Of a DNA stretch of 64,000 nt, positions 17,377 through 27,566 are shown piece after piece; the stretch's first letter is position 1, and every line of letters starts with the position of its first letter. This DNA is from Patescibacteria group bacterium (GTDB lineage Bacteria > Patescibacteriota > Minisyncoccia > Phycocordibacterales > UBA9973), in NCBI GenBank assembly GCA_038061925.1, contig JBBTYD010000002.1, positions 352-64,351 of the forward strand, written 5' to 3'. The translations under genes were made by a program, and so were the position numbers. The notes beneath the pieces were generated by a model that was not told where the DNA came from, did no database searches, and saw nothing but the letters and a program-made list of their open reading frames with translations.

Positions 17377-18432
17377 GTGGATATGTTAAAGAAAAAAGAA
17401 AAAAAGGAAGACAAAACCGTGGGAATAGCGGTGCTGGAAGATACTTTGAAAGCAATTCAAACAAAATTTGGAGAGGGGTCAATAATGAAGTTCGGCGATT
17501 CGCCAAAGGTGGATGTCAATGTAATCCCGACTGGCTCTATTGGCCTGGATATGGCGCTCGGGGTCGGCGGAATACCGCGCGGTAGAATTATTGAAATATT
17601 TGGGCCTGAATCTTCCGGAAAAACAACTTTGTCGCTTCACATCGTCGCGGAGGCACAAAAACTCGGCGGAATTTGCGCATACATAGACGCGGAACACGCA
17701 ATGGATCCAGAATATACCAAAAAGCTTGGAGTCAATATAAATAATTTGCTCATTTCCCAACCAGACAATGGTGAACAAGCGCTTGAAATTGTGGAATCTT
17801 TAGTGCGAACAGGCAAAATTGATGTAATCGCCATTGACTCAGTGGCGGCGCTTACTCCCAAAGATGAAATCGAAGGCGATATGGGCGCGTATCATGTGGG
17901 CAAGCAAGCTCGCCTGATGTCTCAAGCGCTTCGCAAACTTACCGCGATTGTCGCTAAATCTAAAACGGTGGTAATTTTTATTAATCAGATCAGAATGCAA
18001 ATCGGGGTGATGTTCGGCAATCCGGAGACTACTCCGGGAGGAAAAGCATTGAAGTTTTATACTTCGGTGCGTTTGGATATTCGCAAAATCGCGCAGATAA
18101 AAAAGGGAGAGGAAGTGGTGGGTTCACGCACGCGCGTAAAAATAGTAAAAAACAAAGTGGCCGCTCCATTTAAACAAACAGAGTTTGATATCATCTACAA
18201 TGAAGGCATTTCCAAAGAAGGTGAAATTATGGCGCTCGGAGAAAAATTTAAAATAATAGAAAAAACTGGAAATTCTTATTTCTACGTGCCCGCCGAAGCC
18301 TCGGCGAAGACGAGCGAGAAAATAAAATTGGGCGTAGGTTATGATTCTACTCGCACCTTCTTAAAAGAGAATAAAAAAATATCGGACCAAATCTTAAAAG
18401 AAATCCGCCAGAAGTTTTCTGAAGAAGCATAA
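17377..18432 (+). CDS. recA: Recombinase RecA
   Basis: 351 aa. [33 protein letters not shown] (Walker A), IDAEHA..., [10 protein letters not shown]: canonical RecA. Confidence 0.97.
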   Translation: MDMLKKKEKKEDKTVGIAVLEDTLKAIQTKFGEGSIMKFGDSPKVDVNVIPTGSIGLDMALGVGGIPRGRIIEIFGPESSGKTTLSLHIVAEAQKLGGICAYIDAEHAMDPEYTKKLGVNINNLLISQPDNGEQALEIVESLVRTGKIDVIAIDSVAALTPKDEIEGDMGAYHVGKQARLMSQALRKLTAIVAKSKTVVIFINQIRMQIGVMFGNPETTPGGKALKFYTSVRLDIRKIAQIKKGEEVVGSRTRVKIVKNKVAAPFKQTEFDIIYNEGISKEGEIMALGEKFKIIEKTGNSYFYVPAEASAKTSEKIKLGVGYDSTRTFLKENKKISDQILKEIRQKFSEEA

Positions 18433-18437
18433 TTTTT

Positions 18438-19043
18438 ATGTCCCAACTTCAATACAACGAAATTCGCGAGAAGAAAATAATAATTTATAACAATGAGCCT
18501 TGCGAAGTGATTGAGTCTCATGTCGCGAGAACTCAGCAAAGAAAACCGCAAAACCAGGTGAAACTCAAAAGTCTGATTGCGGGCAAGACAATCGCCGCCA
18601 CTTTTCATGTTTCTGAATCGGTGAATGAGGCAGATATCGTAAAACGCGATATTACTTTCCTGTATCATAACAAAGGAGAATATTGGTTTTGTGATCCAAG
18701 CAACAAAAGTAAAAGATTTAAATTAGATGGATCACTTATTGGAGAAGCAGAAAAATTTTTAAAACAAAATGGAAACGTGACGGCTCTCGTCTGGGATAAC
18801 GGTGAAGAATCCGATGACGCTAAAGCGACGGGCAATGGAAAAATAATCAAAGTCGCCCTGCCAATTAAAATGGAATTTAAAGTGAAAGAAGCTCCCCCGG
18901 CCGTGCGCGGGGATACGTCGAAAGGAGGGATGAAAGTGATAACTCTGGAAAATGGGACAACTCTCAACGCTCCGATGTTCGTAAGTGAAGAAGATATGAT
19001 TAGTGTCAATACTGAAACTGGAGAATATGTAGAACGGATTTGA
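18438..19043 (+). CDS. efp: Translation elongation factor P
   Basis: 201 aa. An N-terminal KOW-like domain and the EF-P pattern (...VARTQQRKPQNQVKLKSLIAGKTIAATF...YLYHNKGEYWFCD...). Confidence 0.8.
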   Translation: MSQLQYNEIREKKIIIYNNEPCEVIESHVARTQQRKPQNQVKLKSLIAGKTIAATFHVSESVNEADIVKRDITFLYHNKGEYWFCDPSNKSKRFKLDGSLIGEAEKFLKQNGNVTALVWDNGEESDDAKATGNGKIIKVALPIKMEFKVKEAPPAVRGDTSKGGMKVITLENGTTLNAPMFVSEEDMISVNTETGEYVERI

Positions 19044-19046
19044 AAT

Positions 19047-19247
19047 CTATTTGACCACAAAAGGAAGCAATCCTAGGAACCGCGCGTGTTTGATGGCGGA
19101 AGCCAAGGCGCGTTGATTTTTAGAAGTTACACCAGTACGCTTATGGTTTATAATCTTGCCGTTAGGGTTTAAAAACTTCTTGAGGATTTCAACATCCTTA
19201 TAGTCTATGAACTTTATATTATTAGCGGAAAAGTAATCTTGTTTCAT
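19047..19247 (-). CDS. rpsR: 30S ribosomal protein S18
   Basis: 66 aa. ...[51 protein letters not shown] matches S18. Confidence 0.95.
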   Translation of the reverse strand: MKQDYFSANNIKFIDYKDVEILKKFLNPNGKIINHKRTGVTSKNQRALASAIKHARFLGLLPFVVK

Positions 19248-19258
19248 TTTTTTATTTA

Positions 19259-19705
19259 TTAAAATGGAATATCTTCAGGGTTAATATTTTCTTCCGGGTA
19301 TTCTATACTTTCGACTTCTTCACTTTTATCACTTGAAGTTTTTTGCGCAGTTTGGGTTCCTCCTGCAATTCCTCCTCCCTTTGGACCAAACTGGGTGCGA
19401 TCGGCCACCACTTCGGTGCGATATTTTTTCTCTCCACTTGTCTTATCATCCCAGCTTCTTGTCTGAATCCTACCCTCCACCAATATTGAATTTCCTTTTT
19501 TCATATACTGCGCAACTGTTTCCGCTTGACGTCCAAAAACCACAATATTGTGATAATCAGCGGACTCCTGGCGTACACCATTCTTGTCTTTCCAAACACG
19601 ATTGGTCGCCAGAGAAAATGAACAAACTTTCACACCGGTTGGCAACGAACGGAGTTCTGGATCTCGAGTAAGGTTCCCTATTAATATTGCTTTGTTTAAA
19701 TACAT
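19259..19705 (-). CDS. ssb: Single-stranded DNA-binding protein
   Basis: 148 aa. An OB-fold N-terminus ([33 protein letters not shown]...), a Gly-rich tail and a C-terminal acidic tip ending DIPF. Confidence 0.95.
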   Translation of the reverse strand: MYLNKAILIGNLTRDPELRSLPTGVKVCSFSLATNRVWKDKNGVRQESADYHNIVVFGRQAETVAQYMKKGNSILVEGRIQTRSWDDKTSGEKKYRTEVVADRTQFGPKGGGIAGGTQTAQKTSSDKSEEVESIEYPEENINPEDIPF

Positions 19706-19749
19706 ATAATTTTAATTATTGATTTTTAAATTAAGTAATCATGAATTGA

Positions 19750-20262
19750 TTACACTGCAATCAACGCGTCTATCTCTTTATCTATTTCCTCTTTGTTAAT
19801 AGAAGTAAGAACTTCATTATTCACGTTTTTCTTCATTAGGGGTTTCTTATATGTCTCGCCTCGCCCAAATCTTTTAGCCGCGATAGTGTTTTCTTTTACT
19901 GTTTTTAATATTAAAAATCGAATAAAGTTAGAATCAAGATCGAGATGCTTTTTTAGCTCCAAAATCTTCTCCGAGTCCATCATAAATTTAGTCCAACCAA
20001 AATAAGCCGTACTAAATTTATGGCGTACGTTGGATGTTATTTTTTGCATCGAGTAAGCGAGGTTGGTAATTTTCGGCATTTCGTCTGAAATAATCTCACC
20101 CCTAAAAGATAAGATAAGTTCTTTAAGATTGCCATAAATAATTCCTACGTCTTCCTCTTTGATTGCAGGCACCAAAAGATATCCGAGTTCGTAAACCCTG
20201 GAATTTAAACTCTCTGATACTTCATTTTTGTCTTTAATTTCCGTCTCTGGCATAAATTTCAT
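19750..20262 (-). CDS. rpsF: 30S ribosomal protein S6, with N- and C-terminal extensions
   Basis: 170 aa at the expected position of the rpsF-ssb-rpsR operon. The core RVYELGYLLVPAIKEEDV...ITNLAYSMQKITSNVRHKFSTAYFGWTKFMMD fits the S6 family. Confidence 0.75.
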   Translation of the reverse strand: MKFMPETEIKDKNEVSESLNSRVYELGYLLVPAIKEEDVGIIYGNLKELILSFRGEIISDEMPKITNLAYSMQKITSNVRHKFSTAYFGWTKFMMDSEKILELKKHLDLDSNFIRFLILKTVKENTIAAKRFGRGETYKKPLMKKNVNNEVLTSINKEEIDKEIDALIAV

Positions 20263-20330
20263 ATTAGCAAAAACCCTCTAGAAAGTAAACCCCGATACTC
20301 AAAGTGAAAGCGTTGAGGTAAAATTTATAT

Positions 20331-21173
20331 TTAAATCTTAAAAACTCGCCTGGCATTAGCAATAATAGCCAGGGCTACTTCCGATTCAGATATATTCTTA
20401 ATCTCGGCGATTCTTTTGACCACTTGTTTTACGTAAGCGGGCTCATTCCTTTTGCCTCGAAAAGGAACAGGGGTAACGTACGGAGCATCCGTCTCTGACA
20501 TAATCATATTAAGCGACGTATTTCTAATAATTTCGTCATAATCTTTTGTAAAAGTGATAACCCCGGTAAAAGAAAGAGTGAAACCGAAATTCAAAAACGC
20601 TTTTGCTTCTTCCCAAGTCCCAGCAAAAAAATGTACATTGCCTTTTACTTTTGAATGAGCTTTTAAAATTTCAAGAGTGTCGAGATACGCGTTATGCTCA
20701 ATATGATTTACGCCATGGCGTATATGCAACATCAGCGACTTATCAAATTCATTGGCAAGTTCTATCTGCTCGATAAAAGCTTTTTTCTGTTTTGAAATTG
20801 ATTCTTCCGTGCAACGATAATAATCCAACCCACACTCGCCGATACCAACTACCTTCGGGTCTTTCAAAAGCGCTCGGTAAAATTCTTTATTAAAAACTTC
20901 TCCCCGAGAAGCGAATTCTTTTCCGCCTTCGCCCAATTCCTTTTTATCATGATAAGAAACGCCAGTATGGATTGGATGTAAACCGACGATAGCATACACG
21001 CCTTCTTTGTGTTGATTGGCTATTTCAACCGCCTTTTGGGAAGTATCTGCTTGCGTACCGACATTTATTACCCAAGTATCGTTCTCAAAAGAACGCTTTA
21101 GAACCTCATCTTTGTCTTCGTTAAAGACTTTAAAATTGACGTGACTGTGGATGTCTATGTATTTTGGCATCAT
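20331..21173 (-). CDS. tatD: TatD-family metal-dependent hydrolase (DNase)
   Basis: 280 aa. IDIHSHVNF (HxH), ...GECGLDYYR..., HIRHG... match TatD/TIM-barrel hydrolases. The metG-tatD gene pair is common. Confidence 0.8.
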   Translation of the reverse strand: MMPKYIDIHSHVNFKVFNEDKDEVLKRSFENDTWVINVGTQADTSQKAVEIANQHKEGVYAIVGLHPIHTGVSYHDKKELGEGGKEFASRGEVFNKEFYRALLKDPKVVGIGECGLDYYRCTEESISKQKKAFIEQIELANEFDKSLMLHIRHGVNHIEHNAYLDTLEILKAHSKVKGNVHFFAGTWEEAKAFLNFGFTLSFTGVITFTKDYDEIIRNTSLNMIMSETDAPYVTPVPFRGKRNEPAYVKQVVKRIAEIKNISESEVALAIIANARRVFKI

Positions 21174-21174
21174 A

Positions 21175-22611
21175 TTATTCTTTGCGTAAAAAAAGAGGTT
21201 TCTTCGGTTTTTTGTTTTCTTTTATCAATTTTTTAAGGATGATATTTGTTTCTGGCATTATCGGATTTAGCATTCTGGCAATTTGATATAAACGAAGAAC
21301 CATATTGGAAATTAATTCTTTTCCTTTTTTTTCGTCTATTTTCACAACTTTGAATGGTTGTTTCTCTTGAATAAACTTATCAAGTTCTCCGATCTCGTTC
21401 CAAATATAATCCACCGCTTGCTTGATATCGAACTTTTCAAAAAAACTGAAGTATTTATTGAAATCAGATTTTTCGGGAATTTCCGGACATCTATCTAGGT
21501 ATTTTTCGGAAAGTGTCAATATGCGCGAAACCAAATTTCCAAGTCCATTGGCTAAACCAGAGTTATAAACCTCCTTGAAACGTTTTATTGTGAACGGACT
21601 GTCTTCAAAAGTGGATATCTCCCGCAAAAGAAAATATCGTAGCGCGTCTGTGCCATATTCTTTCACAATATCGGCTGGATTTATCACATTGCCGATAGAT
21701 TTGGACATTTTAATTCCACCCTCGCCCGTGATAAAACCATGATAGAGAATAGAGTCAGTGGTGGGCAAATCGGCCGACAGCAACATTCCTTGCCACATTA
21801 CTGATTGGAATTTCACCATATCTTTACCGGCCGTTTGAACTGTTTCTCCATCTCGCCAAAATTTTTCAAAAGCTCCTCTATTGTCGGGCCATCTTAAGGT
21901 TGAAATGTAATTTATAAGAGCGCCAAACCAAACATACATAACTTGCGTATTATCTCCCAGTATCGGTATTCCCCAGGAAAAACGTTTTCGGTCGCGCGAG
22001 ATTGAAAAATCTTCCAGATCGTTTTCTACAAAACTTATAGCTTCGGCTCTGCGCCATTCTGGAAAAATAACTTTTTCATTGGAAAGATATTCCAGAAGTT
22101 GCTTTTTATAATTTGTCAATCTAAAAAAATAATTTTCTTCTTCAATCATCTCGGGTTTTTGGGTCAGATGAAGCGAACACTTGTCGTCCAGAAGATCTTT
22201 TCCCGTAATAAATTTTTCGCATCCGACGCAATAAAGTCCTCGATAGGTCTTTTTATAAATGTCCCCTTTCGCGTCACACAGACGCCAAAATTCTTGAACT
22301 GCTAAAATATGTTCTTTACTGGTGGTTCTAATAAAATTATCATACGAAAGATTAAGCACGTTTTTGAGCTCTAAAAATTTTTGCGCATAATAATCAACAT
22401 AATCTTGCACATTTTTACCTTCTTTTTTACTCGCTTCCCAAATCTTTTGACCATACTCGTCCGTGCCAGTGCTAAAAAAAACATCTTTTCCGATAAGACG
22501 CTGATATCTCGCAATGGCATCTGATTGCACAATTTCAAAAGCAAAACCAATATGAGGATCAGCATTCACATAAGGAATCGTCGTGGTGATATAAAAACTA
22601 TCTTTTTTCAT
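21175..22611 (-). CDS. metG: Methionyl-tRNA synthetase (short form, no C-terminal tRNA-binding domain)
   Basis: 478 aa. YVNADPHIGFAFE (HIGH-like), CxxC knuckle (YCVGCEKF), KMSKSIGNV. Confidence 0.9.
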   Translation of the reverse strand: MKKDSFYITTTIPYVNADPHIGFAFEIVQSDAIARYQRLIGKDVFFSTGTDEYGQKIWEASKKEGKNVQDYVDYYAQKFLELKNVLNLSYDNFIRTTSKEHILAVQEFWRLCDAKGDIYKKTYRGLYCVGCEKFITGKDLLDDKCSLHLTQKPEMIEEENYFFRLTNYKKQLLEYLSNEKVIFPEWRRAEAISFVENDLEDFSISRDRKRFSWGIPILGDNTQVMYVWFGALINYISTLRWPDNRGAFEKFWRDGETVQTAGKDMVKFQSVMWQGMLLSADLPTTDSILYHGFITGEGGIKMSKSIGNVINPADIVKEYGTDALRYFLLREISTFEDSPFTIKRFKEVYNSGLANGLGNLVSRILTLSEKYLDRCPEIPEKSDFNKYFSFFEKFDIKQAVDYIWNEIGELDKFIQEKQPFKVVKIDEKKGKELISNMVLRLYQIARMLNPIMPETNIILKKLIKENKKPKKPLFLRKE

Positions 22612-23681
22612 TACTTGTTTGTTCGAGCTAAAGTCTTATTCTTTTCAATATCACTCAGAAATTCCATCACAATAACCGCCACTGGAATGGCCAGCACTAA
22701 TCCCCAAAATCCACCCAATTCAAAACCGATCAAAGCGGATAAAATGATGACGATCGGTGAAAGACCCACTATCTTTTTAATAATAAGCGGAGCAAAAAGG
22801 AAAACTTCAAATTGATGAATGATGAGATAAGCCCCAGTCACCATCAAGGCACTTGAAATTCCGTTGGAAAGGTAGGAAAAAGTAAAAGCTGGAATCAGAG
22901 CAACCCAAATACCATAAGGAATCATTTCCATTACTCCTGTAATAATGGCTAGAAGAAGCGCATACTCTATACCCAAGAGTGAAAGTGTTAAATAAATGAG
23001 AACGGCCACGACCATTCCCAAAACCATCTGCCCTTTCATCCATAAGGCAATCTTACGGCGAGAGCGCTCCCAAAGATCCACCACATAATCTTCACGTTGA
23101 ATTGGAAAAATAAGTCGAAGGAAATTTTCTATTCCCTTTTCTTGAATTGAAAGATAAAAAGAAACAAGGATAATCAATATAAAATTGAAAACGCTTCCAA
23201 AGACAGCCGAAAATATTTGAAAAAATCCCCCCGAAATATTCAAAATGAAAGCTTTGGAGACTGAAAATAATGTAGTCAGCGAAAAGTTGCTTCCGAGGGT
23301 ATTCACTATGTCCTTAGCGCCAGAGAATGCTTCATTTTGAAAATAATCTAAAAAAGAGACACCTGGTATGTAAGTCGAAATAAAGGTGGAAAAATTATAA
23401 ACTTCAGTTATCAAAAGCGGGGCAAAAAGATAAAATAATCCGGCTAAAGTAAGAAGCGACAGAACATACAAAATCACAATCCCAAACACCCTATTAATCC
23501 CCACTTTTCTAAAATAAGGGACAGCTGATTCCACAAAAGAAGCAATCACGATAGAGGTTAAAACTATAAAGCCTAAATCTCGCAAGAACCATAACAAAAA
23601 GAAACAGAGCAGAACGAGCACCGCTCGAACCATCGTCTCGGTAGTGATAGAAATAGAAGTGGTGGCGTTTTTTTCAAACAT
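22611..23681 (-). CDS. AI-2E (PerM/YhhT, UPF0118) family transporter
   Basis: 356 aa with 8 predicted TM segments in the AI-2E arrangement (...FGSVFNFILIILVSFYLSIQ..., C-terminal ...LVLAIPVAVIV...). Confidence 0.65.
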   Translation of the reverse strand: MFEKNATTSISITTETMVRAVLVLLCFFLLWFLRDLGFIVLTSIVIASFVESAVPYFRKVGINRVFGIVILYVLSLLTLAGLFYLFAPLLITEVYNFSTFISTYIPGVSFLDYFQNEAFSGAKDIVNTLGSNFSLTTLFSVSKAFILNISGGFFQIFSAVFGSVFNFILIILVSFYLSIQEKGIENFLRLIFPIQREDYVVDLWERSRRKIALWMKGQMVLGMVVAVLIYLTLSLLGIEYALLLAIITGVMEMIPYGIWVALIPAFTFSYLSNGISSALMVTGAYLIIHQFEVFLFAPLIIKKIVGLSPIVIILSALIGFELGGFWGLVLAIPVAVIVMEFLSDIEKNKTLARTNK

Positions 23682-23718
23682 AGAAATATGATACCATAAA
23701 AATGAAGAGAGTAGAAGA

Positions 23719-24987
23719 TTAAAATTTCAGTATTTTCAAAAACCGGGTCTGAGTGGTAAAAGGCCCAATAAGCGCTAAATTAAGCTTTTTATTCGTAAAA
23801 ATATCTTTGGCTAAATTTTGGATTTGATTGGCTGTAACCTTGCGTATTTCTTCAGCTTTCTCGGAGGCTTCCTGAATTTTATGTTTTAAAAGTTCTTGTC
23901 CACCGTAAAAATTCGCGATATCGTCACTCGACTCCAGAGATAATTTCATATTACCTATTAAAAACTCCTTAACTTTATTTAATTCTTCGGGAGTAACCTG
24001 GTAATTTTTTAATTTTTTGCATTCAAGAAGTATTGCCTGCAATACTTCATCAATCCTTTTATTATCCACTCCGGCGGAAATTTGAAAGAATCCATGATCC
24101 GTATAAGAATCATTAGATGCACGAACATAATAACCGACACCCATCTCTTCCCGAAGTTTGATAAAAAGACGTGAACTCATTCCCCCACCGAGTACTCCAC
24201 CCAGCACAGAAAGAATTACATTTTCCCGACTAAATAAATCATAAGTGCGTACACCTAAAATAAAATGCGTCTGGTCTGTTTTTTTATAGTTAATCAATAC
24301 CTGCGGATATTTTTGTTTTTCTTTCACTTTTACTTTGAGACCTTTGTTGCCACGCGCAACCTTGCCAAAAATTTTTTTTACTTCGCTCATTACTTGCTTT
24401 TCTGTCACTTGTCCAGCGACAGTTAACACAGTCGCTTCTGGCAAATAATGTTTCTGATGATAATTGATAAAATCTTCCCGTTTCATATTTAAAATATTTG
24501 CCTTGGAACCCGCGATCTTCCAGCCTGCTGGCTGGTCTCCATAAAGCAACTTCATCAGCAAATCCTGCACGTGCTTGTGGAGCATATCTTTATACATATT
24601 TATCTCCTCTATAATCACGCCTTTTTCTTTCTGCATCTCCACATCTGGAAAAGTAGAATTGAGATATATATCTGACACAATATCAAAAATTCGATCAAAA
24701 TGGCGAGCATCAGATTTGGCATAATATCCCGTGTATTCTTGCGCGGTAAAAGCGTTGTACTGACTTCCCAATACGTCTAATTCTTTTGAAATATCAATAG
24801 CCTTGGGTCTCTTAAGAGTGCCTTTAAAACACATATGTTCCAAAAAATGGGAAATCCCATTTATCTTTTTTGTTTCATATTTTGATCCAGCTTCCACTAA
24901 GACCAACACCGTCACCGTCTCGTTATCTTTCATTGGCACGGTGATCACCCGCAGTCCGTTATTTAAAACTTTTTTTGAGAATTTCAT
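23719..24987 (-). CDS. M16-family (pitrilysin/insulinase-like) zinc peptidase
   Basis: 422 aa. Inverted zinc motif HFLEH (HxxEH) near the N-terminus: ...GLRVITVPMKDNETVTVLVLVEAGSKYE...GISHFLEHMCFKGT. Confidence 0.85.
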   Translation of the reverse strand: MKFSKKVLNNGLRVITVPMKDNETVTVLVLVEAGSKYETKKINGISHFLEHMCFKGTLKRPKAIDISKELDVLGSQYNAFTAQEYTGYYAKSDARHFDRIFDIVSDIYLNSTFPDVEMQKEKGVIIEEINMYKDMLHKHVQDLLMKLLYGDQPAGWKIAGSKANILNMKREDFINYHQKHYLPEATVLTVAGQVTEKQVMSEVKKIFGKVARGNKGLKVKVKEKQKYPQVLINYKKTDQTHFILGVRTYDLFSRENVILSVLGGVLGGGMSSRLFIKLREEMGVGYYVRASNDSYTDHGFFQISAGVDNKRIDEVLQAILLECKKLKNYQVTPEELNKVKEFLIGNMKLSLESSDDIANFYGGQELLKHKIQEASEKAEEIRKVTANQIQNLAKDIFTNKKLNLALIGPFTTQTRFLKILKF

Positions 24988-24990
24988 AAT

Positions 24991-25422
24991 TTAAGGTAAT
25001 TGATTTTTAAATTTTTCTAAAATAATAGGAACTACTGAGTGCAAAGATGTTGGAAGTTTATCAAGTCGAAACCATCCTAGATTGTCAAATTTATGAGGCT
25101 CACCATTAATAACTTTAGATGGATCAACCAAAACTAAAAAGGTTATATTAATCCAATGCGTATTTTGAGCATCTAGATTTCTGAAGACATCCATATAACC
25201 TAAAAGATTATATGCCATTGGGTTAACACCGTACTCTTCTTTTAATTCTTTTTTAAAACAAGCTTCAACTGTTTCCCCAATTTCAAGACTACCACCACCA
25301 AAATCCCAAACGCCATGTTCGTCGCGACAATTTAGACCTCTTTTATTCATAAGATAATTTCCCTTACCATCATGACAAACATAACCAACGGAAACACCGA
25401 TATAATCAATCCCTTTTTGCAT
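24991..25422 (-). CDS. NUDIX hydrolase
   Basis: 143 aa. Nudix box GGSLEIGETVEACFKKELKEEYGV (Gx5Ex7REUxEExGU). Confidence 0.85.
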   Translation of the reverse strand: MQKGIDYIGVSVGYVCHDGKGNYLMNKRGLNCRDEHGVWDFGGGSLEIGETVEACFKKELKEEYGVNPMAYNLLGYMDVFRNLDAQNTHWINITFLVLVDPSKVINGEPHKFDNLGWFRLDKLPTSLHSVVPIILEKFKNQLP

Positions 25423-25467
25423 AAATAAAATATATCACAAAAACCACATCTTACATAATTTAAATTT

Positions 25468-25500
25468 ATTGACTATTTTTATGCTATAGCATAATTATAG
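25468..25500. promoter_or_regulatory. Conserved 33-nt promoter/operator-like motif with the perfect palindrome ATGCTATAGCAT (copy 1)
   Basis: TTGACTATTTTTATGCTATAGCATAATTATAGT. On the minus strand it reads ACTATAAT...ATGCTATAGCAT...TAGTCAA, upstream of the NUDIX gene. Confidence 0.5.
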
Positions 25501-25517
25501 TTTAAACCTGACTGAAC

Positions 25518-26120
25518 TCATAAATTAAATTCCCTTCGAAGATTCTTGTCATTTTCGATGCTATCCGCAATTATATAAATTAAATCTCTACCTACTTTAA
25601 AATCTACTTTGAGCAACATTATCAAATCTTCACAATCATAAGGATAAACCCATACACTATCTTGTAAACGAACAAAACCTATCTGCCTTAAAGTATGTCG
25701 AACTCTATTTCTTAAACTTTTCCTTTCCTCTTTAATATCAAAAGTGAGAAGCCGCCATTTCCCATCCCATTTTCTGGGCTTTTTTATTTTGTAATCATTT
25801 ATTTCCAATTGTCGCAATTTTGCTTCGCCTTTCGAGGTCAGCTGTGCAAAATTTCTATTATCTACCTTCTTCCATAAAATTAATTCATTCTTTTTTAACC
25901 TCTCTAAAGAACGATTGAAAGAATATTTACGAAATTTACTTTTCATAAACTCCGGTTCTAATTTACTTAAAATTTTTGTCATTTTTGGGGCTATCAAAGC
26001 GACACCAAGTCCACCTATGACAAAAATTGCAGTCAAAATAGCTTTTTGAAGATTAGCCTTGCGAGTTCTTTTCTTTGATTCTTTTTCTAACTGTCCCATA
26101 TTATTTGTTGCTACTAACAT
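25518..26120 (-). CDS. Hypothetical: N-terminal TM plus winged helix plus Cas2/VapD-like (PaaX-like) core, paralog A
   Basis: 200 aa. ...FAQLTSKGEAKL...WDGKWRLLTFDIKEERKSLRNRVRHTLRQIGFVRLQDSVWVYPYD. It is homologous to CDS 30784..31257 (shared LTSKG, W..LL.FDI.E, LQ.SVW). Confidence 0.5.
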   Translation of the reverse strand: MLVATNNMGQLEKESKKRTRKANLQKAILTAIFVIGGLGVALIAPKMTKILSKLEPEFMKSKFRKYSFNRSLERLKKNELILWKKVDNRNFAQLTSKGEAKLRQLEINDYKIKKPRKWDGKWRLLTFDIKEERKSLRNRVRHTLRQIGFVRLQDSVWVYPYDCEDLIMLLKVDFKVGRDLIYIIADSIENDKNLRREFNL

Positions 26121-26152
26121 TGACTATAAGTATGCTATAGCATTATTATAGT
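26120..26152. promoter_or_regulatory. Conserved 33-nt promoter/operator-like motif with the palindrome ATGCTATAGCAT (copy 2)
   Basis: TTGACTATAAGTATGCTATAGCATTATTATAGT: 28 of 33 nt identical to copy 1. It abuts the start codon of paralog A. Confidence 0.5.
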
Positions 26153-26216
26153 AAATCCTGAAGAAAATTCAAGATTTTTCTTTAAATTTCTTACCTTCAA
26201 CGACAATGAATCTTTA

Positions 26217-27548
26217 TTAATTTATTTTCTCTTTTATATAATTTTTTAAATCAGAAACTTTTACTCTTTCTTGTTTCCCAGTATCTCTGTCCCGCACGGT
26301 CACTGAGTTATCAGCCAAAGTGTCAAAATCAACCACAATGCAAAATGGCGTGCCAATTTCATCTTGCCGGCGATAACGCTTGCCAATATTGCCATTGTCA
26401 TCCCAGGCGACACGACCAAATTCCGCTTTAAGCTGAGCAAACACTTTTGTGCTGGCGTATTCTACAAGTTTTGGTTTGTTTTTAAGCAAGGGCGAAACAG
26501 CACAGATTACGGGAGCAATATTGGGTTTAAATTTTAAATAGGAACGTATTTCCTCGTCTTTATTCTCTTCAGTGTAAACAGAAAGAATCAGAGCAAGAAC
26601 GGCCCGGTCGACACCAAAAGTCGGCTCAATGACATGTGGAATCATCTTTCCCCCTTTTTCTTCATCTATGTATTCGAGTTTATGATTTTTTAAGTCAAAA
26701 TCTGTCCTATAAGCAAGACCAAAAAGTTCTTTTTTCCCGAAAGGATAGTCAAATTCAAAATCAACTGTCCGGCTGGAATAATGCGCTCTATCTTCCTTGG
26801 CCACTTCCAGTTCGTGAACTTTTGCCATATCGAGTCCGATCTCTTCCATAAAGTCGAGCATCTCATCTTTCCAATATTCAAAATATTTTTCCCAATCTTC
26901 TTGTCTGATAAAATACTCAATCTCCATTTGTTCAAATTCTCGCTCTCGAAAAAGAAAATCTCTAGGCGTAATCTCATTCCTAAAGGCCTTACCGATTTGC
27001 GCCATCCCAAAGGGCAGTCTAGGGTGAAAAGCATCCACTGTGTTTTTAAAATTAACAAACATTCCCTGCGCTGTTTCCGGCCTTAGATAAACAGTGGCAA
27101 CCGAATCTTCCATTGCGCCTATTTGGGTGGTAAACATCATATTAAATTGTTTCTTTTCCCCCAATTTGCCTCCGCATTCGGCGCACTTTTTTGCATCTTC
27201 AATTTGATCAGCGCGAAACCGTCTCTGGCACTTTTCACACTCTACCAGCGGTTCAGAAAACCCGGCTACGTGCCCTGAAGCTTCCCAAACTTTTCTATTC
27301 ATTAAAATAGCCGTGTCTATTCCATACATATCTATCCTGGAATCTACGAATTTTTTCCACCAAAATTGCTTAATGTTATTCTTCAAAGTCAAACCAAAAT
27401 GCCCCCAATCATAGGTACCAGCTAGCCCACCATATATTTCCGAACCTTGGAAAATAAATCCACGCCTTTTACAAAGTGAAACTATTTTTTCCATTAAATC
27501 ATTCTTTGGATCTTTATTCATTTTTTTTTCTCGCATATAATTCAGCAA
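26217..27548 (-). CDS. glyQS: Glycyl-tRNA synthetase (class II, dimeric glyQS type)
   Basis: 443 aa. ...RRGFIFQGSEIYGGLAGTYDWGHFGLTLKNNIKQFWWKKFV... and class II motifs; a C-terminal anticodon-binding domain. Confidence 0.9.
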   Translation of the reverse strand: MLNYMREKKMNKDPKNDLMEKIVSLCKRRGFIFQGSEIYGGLAGTYDWGHFGLTLKNNIKQFWWKKFVDSRIDMYGIDTAILMNRKVWEASGHVAGFSEPLVECEKCQRRFRADQIEDAKKCAECGGKLGEKKQFNMMFTTQIGAMEDSVATVYLRPETAQGMFVNFKNTVDAFHPRLPFGMAQIGKAFRNEITPRDFLFREREFEQMEIEYFIRQEDWEKYFEYWKDEMLDFMEEIGLDMAKVHELEVAKEDRAHYSSRTVDFEFDYPFGKKELFGLAYRTDFDLKNHKLEYIDEEKGGKMIPHVIEPTFGVDRAVLALILSVYTEENKDEEIRSYLKFKPNIAPVICAVSPLLKNKPKLVEYASTKVFAQLKAEFGRVAWDDNGNIGKRYRRQDEIGTPFCIVVDFDTLADNSVTVRDRDTGKQERVKVSDLKNYIKEKIN

Positions 27549-27566
27549 AATTACCCTCCGGATTAA

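Noticed and set aside
25468-25500. Reading TTGACT-N17-TAATTA on the plus strand as a promoter firing antisense into the adjacent minus-strand gene
   Set aside because: The -10 is poor in that orientation. The reverse complement gives a clean TATAAT upstream of minus-strand genes in both copies, so the motif is interpreted as the promoter or operator of the NUDIX gene and paralog A. The direction still needs experimental confirmation.
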